From contig JAAEQR010000072.1 in the NCBI GenBank assembly GCA_024231215.1, positions 385,210 to 449,209 on the forward strand: a DNA stretch of 64,000 nt. The letters are read 5' to 3'. The position numbers and the translations under genes were made by a program. The DNA comes from PVC group bacterium. GTDB lineage: Bacteria; Omnitrophota; Gorgyraeia; B26-G9. Shown in pieces: positions 46,710 through 57,321 of this stretch; the first letter of the stretch is position 1; each line of letters begins with the position of its first letter. Below the pieces are notes generated by a model, which searched no databases, was not told where the DNA came from, and worked only from the letters and a program-made list of their open reading frames with translations.

Positions 46710-47734
46710 TCATGAATTTACCAACAATATCTATTATTACTGTTGCTAAGAACTGTGAAGAATCATTGCTGGAATGTTATAGAAGAATAGATAGCCAGGA
46801 TTATCCTAAAGAAAAAATTGAGTTATTACTTATTGATGGCGGTTCCTGCGATGGTACGAAAGAAGTAGCCAAGAAGTATTCGGCGAGAGTTGTTGATGGA
46901 GGATACTCTGATAATCAGGAAGCAAGAAGATATGTTGGTTTCTGCGAAGCAAAAAATGACATATTAGCTTATATTGACGCGGATAATTTATTACCAGATG
47001 TTAATTGGCTTAAAGAAATGGTTCATCCTTTTGTGGATGATGCAGGAATTATCGCGACACAGACTTTAAGATATGGTTATGAGGCGAATCAAACAGCATT
47101 GAATAAATATTTTGCGTTATTCGGAGCTTGTGATCCGGTTGCTTTTTATTTGGGTAAAGCCGATAGATTGCCTTGGTTTTCAGATAAATGGAATCTGTCC
47201 GGAAAAATTGAAAAGGAAACAGATTTATATTATAAGATAAACTTCGAGGAAAATTCTTTCCCAACATTAGGCTGTAATGGTTTTTTGGTTAGAAGAAAGG
47301 TTTTTGAATCCTTAGAATGTACAGCAGAACATTTTCTTCATACTGATGTTCTTTTTGATCTTTTACAAAAGGGATTTTATAGTTACGGCATAGTAAAAAA
47401 TACGGTTATTCACGCTACGGCAAATACATATAGGCAGTTTATCGGCAAACGCATGAGGTATATGCAGACGCATCATCAACAACTGGGTGCTTGCCGTAGA
47501 TATAAAGTTTTTGATTCAAAAAAACAAAAGGATACCGTCGGGATTTTAAAATTTATTTTATTTTCAACTACAGGAATAATTCCTTTATTTGATAGTATTC
47601 GTGGATACTTGAAGGTCAGGGAAAGAGCATGGTTTTTACATCCATTTGTTTGCATTGGTTTTTTATTTGCATATGGGTATTCCTCGATAGCTCATATATT
47701 TAGTAATTGGCGAAATAGAAAGGGTTTATTATGA
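46706..47734 (+). CDS. GT2 glycosyltransferase
   Basis: IDGGSCD, YIDAD, C-terminal hydrophobic segments. Confidence 0.85.
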   Translation: MIMNLPTISIITVAKNCEESLLECYRRIDSQDYPKEKIELLLIDGGSCDGTKEVAKKYSARVVDGGYSDNQEARRYVGFCEAKNDILAYIDADNLLPDVNWLKEMVHPFVDDAGIIATQTLRYGYEANQTALNKYFALFGACDPVAFYLGKADRLPWFSDKWNLSGKIEKETDLYYKINFEENSFPTLGCNGFLVRRKVFESLECTAEHFLHTDVLFDLLQKGFYSYGIVKNTVIHATANTYRQFIGKRMRYMQTHHQQLGACRRYKVFDSKKQKDTVGILKFILFSTTGIIPLFDSIRGYLKVRERAWFLHPFVCIGFLFAYGYSSIAHIFSNWRNRKGLL

Positions 47735-48513
47735 ATCTAAAAACTGTTATTCTCGCGGGTGGATTTGGAACCAGATTGAGTGAGGAAACGAATGTTAAGC
47801 CTAAGCCGATGATAGAAATAGGGGGGAGACCGATTCTTTGGCATATAATGAAGATATATTCTGCGCATGGATTTAATGAATTTATTGTTTGTCTAGGGTA
47901 TAAAGGATATGTGATAAAAGAATATTTTGCCAACTATTTTTTACATCAGTCGGATGTTACGATTGATGTAGCAAAAAATAGTGTTGAGATTCATAAGACA
48001 ACTTCTGAGCCTTGGAAAATTACGCTTGTTGATACCGGACCGGATACTTTAACCGGAGGGAGGATAAAAAAAATCCAGCCGTATATAGATAATAAGACTT
48101 TCATGTTAACCTATGGCGATGGCGTGGGAGATATCAATATAAAAGAACTAGTGAAAGTGCATAAGAGTCATAAGAAATATGCGACATTGACCGCTGTACA
48201 ACCAATTGGCAGGTTCGGGGCCTTGGAAATAGGTAAAGATGATACTGTTACCAATTTCCATGAAAAGCCTCGAGGCGATGGAATGTATATAAACGGAGGG
48301 TTTTTTGTCTTGGAACCGCAGGTTTTTGATTATATAAAAGATGATCATCATATGTGGGAAGAAGAACCGTTAGAATTGTTAGCACAAAATAAGCAATTGG
48401 CTGCGTATCAACATAACGGATTTTGGAAATGCGTAGATACTTTGCGTGATAAAAGAGATTTAGAATTAATGTGGGATGCTGGAAAAGCTCCTTGGAAAAT
48501 ATGGCATGAGTAG
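47731..48513 (+). CDS. rfbF: Glucose-1-phosphate cytidylyltransferase
   Basis: LAGGFGTRLSEET, KPKPM, TGGRIK, TYGDG, INGGFF, CVDTLRD. Confidence 0.95.
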   Translation: MNLKTVILAGGFGTRLSEETNVKPKPMIEIGGRPILWHIMKIYSAHGFNEFIVCLGYKGYVIKEYFANYFLHQSDVTIDVAKNSVEIHKTTSEPWKITLVDTGPDTLTGGRIKKIQPYIDNKTFMLTYGDGVGDINIKELVKVHKSHKKYATLTAVQPIGRFGALEIGKDDTVTNFHEKPRGDGMYINGGFFVLEPQVFDYIKDDHHMWEEEPLELLAQNKQLAAYQHNGFWKCVDTLRDKRDLELMWDAGKAPWKIWHE

Positions 48514-49411
48514 AAAATCTAAAATTTTACTTACCGGTGCGACTGGTTTTCTAGGGTCTCATTTATTGTCTGGATTGATTGATAATGACTACGAAGTGAT
48601 TATTTTAAAGAGATCGTTTGATCCTGTATGGAAAATAAAGGATTTGCAGACACGGATTAAAAGCTATGATCTGGACAAGTCAGATCTTGAAGATGTTTTT
48701 AAAGAGAATAAAATAGACATTATTATTCATCTGGCGACAGATTACGGTAAGGATAGTAAAAGTAAAGTAAACCGGGTGATTAGTACTAATATAGAATTTC
48801 CAGCTAGGTTAATGGAACTAGCTGTGAATTATGAGATTAAATTTTTTGTAAATACGCATACGGCTTCTCCAAGCACATATTTATTCTATTCTGCGACAAA
48901 AAATGCTTTTCTAGAAATTGCAGGGTTTTATGCTGCTAATCATAACCTTTCGTTTGTGAATATGGTTATAGAGTATATGTACGGAGAGCGGGATGATGAT
49001 ATAAAATTTATTCCGGCTATAATAAATAAAATCTTTAAAGGGGAAGAAATTAAAGCAAGTGGAGGAGAGCAAGAGAGAGATTTTATTTATGTGGGGGATG
49101 TGGTTAATGCGTATTTATTATTACTTAAAAAAACAGATAACATTAAAGATGATTTTACGGAATTTAATATTGGGACAGGGGATGTGATGTCCTTTAGAAC
49201 GTTTATTGAAAAAATCGAAAAAAGCATTGAAAAAAAAGCTATAGTTAGCTGGGGAGCTGTACCTTATCGAAAAAATGAGCTGTTTTACTCAAAAGCTGAT
49301 ATTAGCCATATTAATCAAGTGCTAGGATGGTCTCCTGAAGTTTCTTTAGAACAAGGATTATTGAATACAGTCGGCTGGTATCGAAACCAGCAGGAGGATA
49401 ATAGTCAATGA
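48506..49411 (+). CDS. SDR reductase resembling CDP-paratose/abequose synthase
   Basis: TGATGFLG, HLAT, YSATK (YxxxK), QERDFIY; lies among rfbF/rfbG/rfbH; start moved to ATG 48506. Confidence 0.65.
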   Translation: MSRKSKILLTGATGFLGSHLLSGLIDNDYEVIILKRSFDPVWKIKDLQTRIKSYDLDKSDLEDVFKENKIDIIIHLATDYGKDSKSKVNRVISTNIEFPARLMELAVNYEIKFFVNTHTASPSTYLFYSATKNAFLEIAGFYAANHNLSFVNMVIEYMYGERDDDIKFIPAIINKIFKGEEIKASGGEQERDFIYVGDVVNAYLLLLKKTDNIKDDFTEFNIGTGDVMSFRTFIEKIEKSIEKKAIVSWGAVPYRKNELFYSKADISHINQVLGWSPEVSLEQGLLNTVGWYRNQQEDNSQ

Positions 49412-50505
49412 TTGATATAATTTCTAAATATAAAAATAAAAGAGTGCTGGTTACCGGACATACCGGATTTAAGGGTAGCTGGATGTCCTTATGGCTAAGC
49501 CAGCTTGGAGCTAAGGTTATTGGATATTCCTTGGAGCCACCGACAAGCCCGAGTTTGTTTGAGGCTATTGGTTTGAAGAAACAGATTACGCATATTATAG
49601 CAGATATAAATGATCAGAAGCGTTTAGATGCTGTTTTTAAAAAATATCGTCCTCAAGTAGTATTTCATTTAGCGGCGCAGCCCTTAGTAAGGTTGTCTTA
49701 TAAATCACCGGTGTCTACTTATCAGACAAATGTTATGGGAACGGTGAATGTCTTAGAAGCTGTACGAAAAACTAAAAGTGTTCGGGCGTGTCTTGTGGTT
49801 ACCAGTGATAAGTGTTATGAAAATAAAGAATGGATTTATGGATATCGGGAATCTGATCCAATGGGAGGATATGATCCTTATAGTTCAAGTAAGGGATGTG
49901 CGGAATTAGTAGTTTCTGCGTATAGGAACTCGTTTTTTGCTCCCAAAGAATATGGCAAAGCTCACAGTGTTTCTCTGGCCTCGGCCCGTTCCGGTAATAT
50001 TATCGGTGGGGGGGACTGGGGAGAAGATAGGCTTGTGCCGGATTGTGTTAGAGCTTTATCAAAAAATAAAACAATTATGATTCGTAATCCTTATGCGACA
50101 AGACCTTGGCAATATGTACTTGAACCTTTATCAGGATATCTTCTGCTGGGGGGCCGGATGCTTGAAGATGCGGTTGCTTTTAGCGGTCCCTGGAATTTTG
50201 GCCCTAGCAGTAATGAGGCTTTGCCGGTAAAAGATATTGTTAAACTTGTGTTGTCTTGCTGGGGAGATGGTAAATATAAGATAGAACGTGGTAGAAAAGC
50301 GCATGAGGCGCACTTATTACAGCTTGATGCGAGTAAGGCTCACAAGTTATTGGGATGGAAATCAGTTTATTCAATGAACGAAAAAATGACTCGAACAGTA
50401 AACTGGTATAAAAAATTTTATGACAATATGGGTAAAAGCGCTTTATTGAGGCAAACCTCAGAAGATATAGATCAATATGTTAAAAGGATAAGTGTGCTTG
50501 ATTAA
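49408..50505 (+). CDS. rfbG: CDP-glucose 4,6-dehydratase
   Basis: TGHTGFKGSW, HLAAQPLV, TSDKCY, DPYSSSK, GGGDW, RPWQ. Confidence 0.95.
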   Translation: MIDIISKYKNKRVLVTGHTGFKGSWMSLWLSQLGAKVIGYSLEPPTSPSLFEAIGLKKQITHIIADINDQKRLDAVFKKYRPQVVFHLAAQPLVRLSYKSPVSTYQTNVMGTVNVLEAVRKTKSVRACLVVTSDKCYENKEWIYGYRESDPMGGYDPYSSSKGCAELVVSAYRNSFFAPKEYGKAHSVSLASARSGNIIGGGDWGEDRLVPDCVRALSKNKTIMIRNPYATRPWQYVLEPLSGYLLLGGRMLEDAVAFSGPWNFGPSSNEALPVKDIVKLVLSCWGDGKYKIERGRKAHEAHLLQLDASKAHKLLGWKSVYSMNEKMTRTVNWYKKFYDNMGKSALLRQTSEDIDQYVKRISVLD

Positions 50506-50506
50506 T

Positions 50507-51820
50507 ATGAAGAATGATTCAAAACTAAGAAGAAAAATCTTAGGCGATGTAAAAAAGTTTTATTTGGAACAGAAGGGGAAAGATAAGTTTGTGCCGGGAA
50601 AGTCAAGAGTTCCTTATGCCGGACGTGTGTTTGACGAAAAAGAGTTGGTTGATCTGGTTGACTCGTCTTTGGATTTCTGGCTGACTGCCGGAAGATATGC
50701 TCAGAAACTAGAAAAACAGCTGGCTGATTTTTTAGGGGTAAAACATGCCTTACTTGTAAATTCCGGGTCATCTGCCAATCTTTTAGCTGTAAGTGCCTTG
50801 ACGTCGCCTTTATTAAAGAAAAAACGCTTAAAACCAGGCGATGAGGTGATTACTACTGCTTGTGGATTCCCAACTACGCTTAATCCGATTTTACAGAACC
50901 AGTTAAAACCGGTAATTCTTGATATTGAACTGGGTACATACAATATTGATACAACAAAGCTTAAACAGGCGATTACAAAGAAAACAAAAGCTATTTTTGT
51001 GGCGCATACACTTGGCAACCCGTTTAATTTAGATGCGGTATTAAAGATAGCTAAAAAACATGATTTATTTGTTATTGAAGATAATTGTGATGCATTAGGT
51101 TCAAAATATAAAGGACAGTTTACTGGAACTTATGGTCATATTGCGACATTGAGTTTTTATCCGGCGCATCACATGACGATGGGAGAAGGAGGCGCGGTTT
51201 TAACTAGTGATCCGGTTTTAAGAAGAGCTTTGCTTTCTTTGCGTGACTGGGGGCGTGACTGCTGGTGTGACCCGGGAAAAGATGATACCTGCTGTAACCG
51301 TTTCACCCAAAAGTTTGGGGAATTACCGTTTGGATATGACCATAAATATGTATATTCACATATAGGTTATAATTTAAAAGTTACAGATATGCAAGCGGCA
51401 ATAGGCGTGGCTCAATTAAAAAAATTGAATAGTTTTATTAAAAAGCGTAAAGATAATTTTGCTTTTTTGCATAAAAATCTTAAAAAGTTTAATAAAAATT
51501 TATTATTGCCGGAAGCGACAAAACATTCCAATCCAAGTTGGTTTGGTTTTCCGATAATTGTAATGCCGTCGGCTAAATTCAATCGTGATGATATTGTTAA
51601 GTTTCTAGAGAATAATAAAATAGCAACACGCATGCTTTTTGGCGGGAATCTTATTAAACAGCCGGCATATTCCGGAATTAAGATGAAGGTTGTTGGTGAA
51701 TTGAAAAATACAAATTTAGTAATGAATAATCTATTCTGGATTGGAGTATATCCTGGAATAGGTAGTAAACAGCGTGCTTACATGGTTGATAAGATGAATG
51801 AATTTATGGATAAATGGTGA
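50507..51820 (+). CDS. rfbH: CDP-4-keto-6-deoxyglucose 3-dehydrase (E1, RfbH/DdhC)
   Basis: NSGSSANL, HTLGNP, EDNCDA, SFYPAHH, RDWGRDCWC, YDHKY; start moved to ATG 50507. Confidence 0.93.
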   Translation: MKNDSKLRRKILGDVKKFYLEQKGKDKFVPGKSRVPYAGRVFDEKELVDLVDSSLDFWLTAGRYAQKLEKQLADFLGVKHALLVNSGSSANLLAVSALTSPLLKKKRLKPGDEVITTACGFPTTLNPILQNQLKPVILDIELGTYNIDTTKLKQAITKKTKAIFVAHTLGNPFNLDAVLKIAKKHDLFVIEDNCDALGSKYKGQFTGTYGHIATLSFYPAHHMTMGEGGAVLTSDPVLRRALLSLRDWGRDCWCDPGKDDTCCNRFTQKFGELPFGYDHKYVYSHIGYNLKVTDMQAAIGVAQLKKLNSFIKKRKDNFAFLHKNLKKFNKNLLLPEATKHSNPSWFGFPIIVMPSAKFNRDDIVKFLENNKIATRMLFGGNLIKQPAYSGIKMKVVGELKNTNLVMNNLFWIGVYPGIGSKQRAYMVDKMNEFMDKW

Positions 51821-51852
51821 TTTTAATTAAGTGGTAAAAAAGGGGGATAATA

Positions 51853-52896
51853 ATGAAAAAAGCTTTAATTACCGGAATAACCGGACAGGATGGCTCTTAT
51901 TTAGCTGAGTTTTTATTGTCTAAGGGATACGAGGTGCATGGTATTATTCGCCGGGCTAGTACTTTTAATACTGGGCGTTTAGAGCATATTTTTATGGATG
52001 AACATGATCCTAATGCTAAGTTATTTTTGCATTACGGAGATTTGGCGGATGCCGAACAGATTTCCGGTTTGATTTATAATATAAAACCGGCTGAGATCTA
52101 TCACCTGGGAGCGCAAAGTCATGTACGAGTGAGTTTTGATATGGCAGAATATTCGGGAAATATTACGGGATTAGGTACTACTCGTATTCTCGAAGCGATT
52201 CGCAGGAGTGGAATCAAGGCAAAATTCTATCAGGCTTCAAGTAGTGAAATGTTTGGAGCGGCAAAACCTCCACAACATGAGAAGACAATATTTCATCCCC
52301 GCAGTCCATATGCTTGCGGCAAAGTTTATTCTTACTGGATGGTCCGGAATTATCGGGATGGTTATAATATTTTTGCTTCTAATGGTATTCTTTTTAATCA
52401 TGAAAGCCCTCGCCGCGGCGAAACATTTGTAACGCGTAAAATTACGCGTGCGGTTGCGGCGATTATGGCTGGAAAACAGAAATATCTTTATATGGGTAAT
52501 CTTGATGCGAGAAGAGACTGGGGATTTGCGCCGGAATATGCAGAACTTATGTGGAAAATTCTGCAGCAGAAGAAAGCAGATGATTTTGTGTTAGGGGTAG
52601 GAGAATCTCATTCAGTAAAGGATTTTGTAGAAACAGCTTTTTCTTATGTGGGAATGAATTGGAAAAAGTATGTAAAAACAGATGCTAGATATTTTCGTCC
52701 GACGGAGGTCGAAAGTTTAATTGCAGATGCTTCTAAAGCAAGGAAAACGCTAAAATGGAAAGCCAAGATAAAATACAAAGATTTAGTTAAGATTATGGTC
52801 GATGCGGATTTAAGAAGAGCCGGATTAGAAGCTGTGGGAGAAGGCGATAAGATATTGAAAAAGAAATTCCCTCAGAAATGGTGGAAAGCAGATTGA
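51853..52896 (+). CDS. gmd: GDP-mannose 4,6-dehydratase
   Basis: [42 protein letters not shown]. Confidence 0.96.
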   Translation: MKKALITGITGQDGSYLAEFLLSKGYEVHGIIRRASTFNTGRLEHIFMDEHDPNAKLFLHYGDLADAEQISGLIYNIKPAEIYHLGAQSHVRVSFDMAEYSGNITGLGTTRILEAIRRSGIKAKFYQASSSEMFGAAKPPQHEKTIFHPRSPYACGKVYSYWMVRNYRDGYNIFASNGILFNHESPRRGETFVTRKITRAVAAIMAGKQKYLYMGNLDARRDWGFAPEYAELMWKILQQKKADDFVLGVGESHSVKDFVETAFSYVGMNWKKYVKTDARYFRPTEVESLIADASKARKTLKWKAKIKYKDLVKIMVDADLRRAGLEAVGEGDKILKKKFPQKWWKAD

Positions 52897-52911
52897 TCCA
52901 AGGAGGGAATA

Positions 52912-54129
52912 ATGCGAAAAATATCAGTAGGCTGGTTGGAAATAGGGGAAAAAGAAAAAAAAGCAGTAAATGATGTGCTGGATTCCGGCAGGATATCGGA
53001 AGGACCGGTAACAGCGGAATTTGAAAAAAAATGGGCTGAATTTATCGGTACACGTTATTGTCTGACAACAAGTTCAGGAACTGCAGCGCTAATCACAGTG
53101 CTTACGGCATTTAAACATCTTTATGATTTAGAAAAACGACCTAAAGTTATAACTTCTCCGCTTACATATATTTCAGATGCTAATGCGATAGTTCTGAGTG
53201 GATTGGAACCGGTGTTTGTTGATATAGATCCGGAAACGTTTTGTATTACTCCGGAAGCTATAGAAAATCATTTGAGTCAGGTAGCTGATCCGGAAAAATA
53301 CAGCATTCTTTTACCGGTTGACTTAATAGGGTATTCTGTAAAGATTGATGAAATAAAAAGAATTGCTCAAAAGTATGATTTACTGGTACTTGAAGATGCG
53401 GCTGAAGCGCATGGGACTATGTATAAGGGGAAATGCAGCGGAGCGGATGCACATGCTGGTATATATTCTTTTTATATCGCACATAATATACAAGCAGGAG
53501 AAATGGGTGCGATCACCACAAATGATGAAAAGATCTTTACTTTGTGTAAACAGTTAAAAGCAAATGGAAGATTTTGTGAATGTACTGTCTGTACTCGGGC
53601 TAAAGGAGTTTGTCCCGGGTTACAGTCGCTGCCTGAGAACGAAGATTTTGATCCTCGTTTTTTACATGAAGTAATTGGATATAATTTTAAAACTATGGAA
53701 TTTCAGCCGGCAATAGCTTTGGCTCAAATGGAAAATATTCCGTATATAATTAAAAGGCGGCAGGAAAACATTGCTGCATTGAACAAAGGGCTAGAGGAGT
53801 TTGCTGATATTTTACAGCTTCCTTTACATGATGAAAATGTAAGCTACTTGGCTTATCCTTTGGTTATTAAGAATACTTCAGCTATATCTAGAAAAAAACT
53901 CCGTAAAGAATTGGAAGAACATGGAGTGGAGACAAGGCCTTTATTTGGCTGTATTCCTACTCAGCAACCGGCCTATGAATATATGCGTAAAGCCTACCAG
54001 GGACGTATTCCTCATGCTGAATATGCGGGAGCTAATGGTTTTTATATTGGCTGTCATCAATATCTTACAGATGAAGATATTGCTTATACTATATCAATTT
54101 TTAAGAAGATATTAGGGGAAACACGATGA
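52912..54129 (+). CDS. DegT/DnrJ-fold PLP enzyme with His at the catalytic-Lys position (ColD/E1-type 3-dehydratase-like)
   Basis: SSGTAAL, EDAAEAHG, SFYIAHN, GYNFK; between gmd and an fcl-like gene. Confidence 0.75.
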   Translation: MRKISVGWLEIGEKEKKAVNDVLDSGRISEGPVTAEFEKKWAEFIGTRYCLTTSSGTAALITVLTAFKHLYDLEKRPKVITSPLTYISDANAIVLSGLEPVFVDIDPETFCITPEAIENHLSQVADPEKYSILLPVDLIGYSVKIDEIKRIAQKYDLLVLEDAAEAHGTMYKGKCSGADAHAGIYSFYIAHNIQAGEMGAITTNDEKIFTLCKQLKANGRFCECTVCTRAKGVCPGLQSLPENEDFDPRFLHEVIGYNFKTMEFQPAIALAQMENIPYIIKRRQENIAALNKGLEEFADILQLPLHDENVSYLAYPLVIKNTSAISRKKLRKELEEHGVETRPLFGCIPTQQPAYEYMRKAYQGRIPHAEYAGANGFYIGCHQYLTDEDIAYTISIFKKILGETR

Positions 54130-55070
54130 TACCTAAAAATTCACGGATTTATATTGCAGGACATACTGGGATGGTGGGAAGAGCTTTGGGTAAAGTGCTT
54201 AAAAGAAAAGGTTATAGTCAGTTAATCGTTAGGACATCTAAGGAGATGGATTTAAGAAATCAAAAAAAGGTTGATGATTTCTTTAAAAAAGAAAAACCGG
54301 ATTATGTATTTCTTTTTGCCGCAAAAGTCGGAGGTATTAAAGCTAATATTGCAGCTCCCTCGGATTTTTTATATGACAATCTGGTAATTGAAACCAATGT
54401 TATTAATTCCAGTTATAAGCAGCAGGTTAAAAAGCTGCTTTATTTAGGCAGCTCCTGTATTTATCCTAGACTTTGTCAGCAGCCGATGAAGGAAGATTAT
54501 TTGCTGAGCGGTAAATTAGAACCAACTAATGAGGGGTATGCATTGGCGAAAATTGTGGGATTAAAACTGTGTGAATATTATAACCAGCAGTTTGAGACTA
54601 ATTTTATTGCGTTAATGCCGCCAAATCTTTACGGGCCTCATGATAATTTTGATTTAGAATCTTCACATGTTGTTGCTGCGTTAATTAGAAAATTTCTTGA
54701 AGCAAAACAAGGCAACTTGCCTTTTGTCGAAATTTGGGGTTCGGGGAATGCTCGACGGGAATTTCTTTATGTTGAAGATTTAGCTGATGCATGTTTTTAT
54801 TTCATTAGTAAATATAATAGCAAAGATTTCCCTTCGTTTATTAATGTAGGCTATGGAAAAGATGTTAATATCAAAAGCCTTGTTGGAATTATTAAAAAGG
54901 AAATTGGGTATAAGGGGCAGATCAGGTGGAATCCTAAGATGCCTGATGGGATGCCGCGGCGTTTAATGGATATTTCGCAGTCGAAAAAAATGGGTTGGCA
55001 GCCGAAAACTTCTTTGCAAGATGGCATTGGGAAAACATTGCGTTGGGTATTAAAAAATTCATGGAAGTAG
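54126..55070 (+). CDS. fcl: GDP-L-fucose synthase / ColC-type epimerase-reductase
   Basis: GHTGMVG, AAKVGGI, GSSCIYP, LEPTNEGYALAK, SHV, REFL, PDG. Confidence 0.9.
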   Translation: MIPKNSRIYIAGHTGMVGRALGKVLKRKGYSQLIVRTSKEMDLRNQKKVDDFFKKEKPDYVFLFAAKVGGIKANIAAPSDFLYDNLVIETNVINSSYKQQVKKLLYLGSSCIYPRLCQQPMKEDYLLSGKLEPTNEGYALAKIVGLKLCEYYNQQFETNFIALMPPNLYGPHDNFDLESSHVVAALIRKFLEAKQGNLPFVEIWGSGNARREFLYVEDLADACFYFISKYNSKDFPSFINVGYGKDVNIKSLVGIIKKEIGYKGQIRWNPKMPDGMPRRLMDISQSKKMGWQPKTSLQDGIGKTLRWVLKNSWK

Positions 55071-55078
55071 GGCGGAAA

Positions 55079-56269
55079 ATGAAGGTAGTATTAGCTTCGC
55101 ATGTTTGGGTTACCGGGCCATGTCATGAGATTAAGAAATATATTCTTCGAAGAGACAAAGGTACGTTATTATATATAACCCATCCGCTATATTATCATGA
55201 CAGACTTAATGGCAGTGGATATGAGTTGTATAGCGATGGGAAGCTTGTTCGTGAACAGTATAATAAAATTCGCAAAATCCCCGAAATCATTAACTATTTT
55301 AGTGCTTTTTTTCGGAATATATTATATGTTTTCAGGACCAGGGAATCGTATGATGTATATATTGGATTTAATAACTTGAATGCTTTGGCCGGATGGTTTT
55401 TGAAAAAAATTGGTAAAGTAAATAGATGTGTGTATCATGTAGTTGATTATACCCCGCAGCGTTTTGACAATAAGCTCTTAAATTTTATATATCATCGCAT
55501 AGAAAGTTTTTGTGCGGTTCATTGTGATGAAACCTGGAACTTGTCGGGGCGAATGGTTGATGCCCGGGAACATTTTAAAGGACTTCGTCGGGAATTATGT
55601 GGTGTGCAGAAAGTTGTTCCAATGGGGATATGGGATGAGGAGATGGTCAGGTTTGATTTTGAATCAGTACATAAAACGCAGCTTGTTTTTATGGGGCATC
55701 TTCTGAAAAAGAACGGGGTGCAGTTTGTATTAGATGCGGTTCCTTTGATTATTGAAAAAATTCCGAAGTTTACTTTCTTGGTGATTGGCGATGGGGAATA
55801 TTTGGGGAAACTTAAGGCGCAAGTTTCCAGACTAAAAATTGATAAATGCGTGCGATTTGCCGGATATGTAGAAGATCATGCTGAAATCGAACGGATGATT
55901 GCTAAATCAGCGTTGGCAATTGCTTTATATGAATCCGGCAATAAAGAAAAGAACTGGACGTACTATACTGATCCAGGTAAAATAAAAGTCTATTTGGGGA
56001 GTGGGGTTCCGGTATTATTATCAGATGTGCCTCCAAATGCCAGGGAAATAGAGAAAGAACAATGCGGTAAAATTGTAGATTTAGCTCCCAAGGATATTGC
56101 TGCTGCAGTAGTTTTAATGCTGCAAGATCCGGAACTTTTACGTATTTACCGCAAAAACGCTCTTGCGTATAGTAAGCAGTTTGACTGGCAAAAGATGCTG
56201 GATAAAGCGTTTATTTTTGATAATAATCATGCCACTTCGCCCGGAAAAGTGACTTGTGTGTGGAAATAA
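55079..56269 (+). CDS. GT4-like glycosyltransferase
   Basis: FMGHLLKKNG, IGDG, DPGKIKVYL...GVPV; start moved to ATG 55079. Confidence 0.82.
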   Translation: MKVVLASHVWVTGPCHEIKKYILRRDKGTLLYITHPLYYHDRLNGSGYELYSDGKLVREQYNKIRKIPEIINYFSAFFRNILYVFRTRESYDVYIGFNNLNALAGWFLKKIGKVNRCVYHVVDYTPQRFDNKLLNFIYHRIESFCAVHCDETWNLSGRMVDAREHFKGLRRELCGVQKVVPMGIWDEEMVRFDFESVHKTQLVFMGHLLKKNGVQFVLDAVPLIIEKIPKFTFLVIGDGEYLGKLKAQVSRLKIDKCVRFAGYVEDHAEIERMIAKSALAIALYESGNKEKNWTYYTDPGKIKVYLGSGVPVLLSDVPPNAREIEKEQCGKIVDLAPKDIAAAVVLMLQDPELLRIYRKNALAYSKQFDWQKMLDKAFIFDNNHATSPGKVTCVWK

Positions 56270-56278
56270 GGTAGTTAT

Positions 56279-57310
56279 ATGCAAAATCCTTTAGTAAGTA
56301 TAATAATTGTAAACTGGAATGGATTAGCCCATCTTAAAAAGTGCTTTGTGTCTTTAAAGGGGATTAATTATAAAAATTATGAAATAATTTTAGTTGATAA
56401 TAATTCTAAAGACGAATCTGTTGCTTATGTACGGGAAAAATTTCCCAAAGTAAAAATTATTGTTAATACAGAAAACCTTGGATTTGCCGAGGCCAATAAT
56501 ATCGGTTATGAGAATTCCAAGGGGGATTTAATTCTTTTTTTAAACAACGATGTAGAAATAGAACCGGATTTCTTAGGGATATTGGTGCAGGAGCTTATTG
56601 GAGATCCTAATTTGGGCGGAGTACAGCCGAAGATTCTCTTAATGAAGGAAAGAGAAAAGCTCGATTCAGTCGGGGGATTTCTGACTAATAGCGGTTTCTT
56701 ATATCATTATGGAATCTATAAGGATGAAAAGCAGGACAAATACAATAAAAAGATAGATATTTATTCGGCAAAAGGCGCTTGTATGCTTTTCAGGAAGAAA
56801 GTAATAGAAAAAACAGGTTTGTTTGATAAAGATTTTTTTGCTTATTTTGAAGAAACTGATTTCTGTCACCGGGTTTGGCTGGCCGGATATAAAATCAGAT
56901 ATGTTCCTGAGTCCCGGATTTACCATTTAATGGGGGGAACATCAGGGGCAATGGATTCTCCCTTGATCCAATTTCATTCATTTAAGAATAGAATTAATTC
57001 TTTTTTGAAAAATCTAGGAATTAAGGAGTTGATGAAAATTCTTTTACACCATTTAATTCTCATTAACTTAGTTTCAATTGTCTGCCTTTTTTGTGGGAAA
57101 ATTAAAATGGCTTTTGCTATACAAAAAGCTATTTATTGGAATTTTTTGAATATTCATAAAACTGTTCGTAAGAGAAAAATAATCCAGAAAAATATTCGGA
57201 TGGTGAGTGGTCATGAAATTGAAAAATTTATTATGCAAAAGCCTCGTCTAATATACTATTTTTATCTTTTTGCAAATAAAGTGCCTCAATACAATGATCC
57301 GGTGTTGTAA
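56279..57310 (+). CDS. GT2 glycosyltransferase (WbbL-like)
   Basis: IIVNWNG, VDNNS, NLGFAEANN, FLNND, YFEETDFC. Confidence 0.88.
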   Translation: MQNPLVSIIIVNWNGLAHLKKCFVSLKGINYKNYEIILVDNNSKDESVAYVREKFPKVKIIVNTENLGFAEANNIGYENSKGDLILFLNNDVEIEPDFLGILVQELIGDPNLGGVQPKILLMKEREKLDSVGGFLTNSGFLYHYGIYKDEKQDKYNKKIDIYSAKGACMLFRKKVIEKTGLFDKDFFAYFEETDFCHRVWLAGYKIRYVPESRIYHLMGGTSGAMDSPLIQFHSFKNRINSFLKNLGIKELMKILLHHLILINLVSIVCLFCGKIKMAFAIQKAIYWNFLNIHKTVRKRKIIQKNIRMVSGHEIEKFIMQKPRLIYYFYLFANKVPQYNDPVL

Positions 57311-57321
57311 GGAATCTATTT

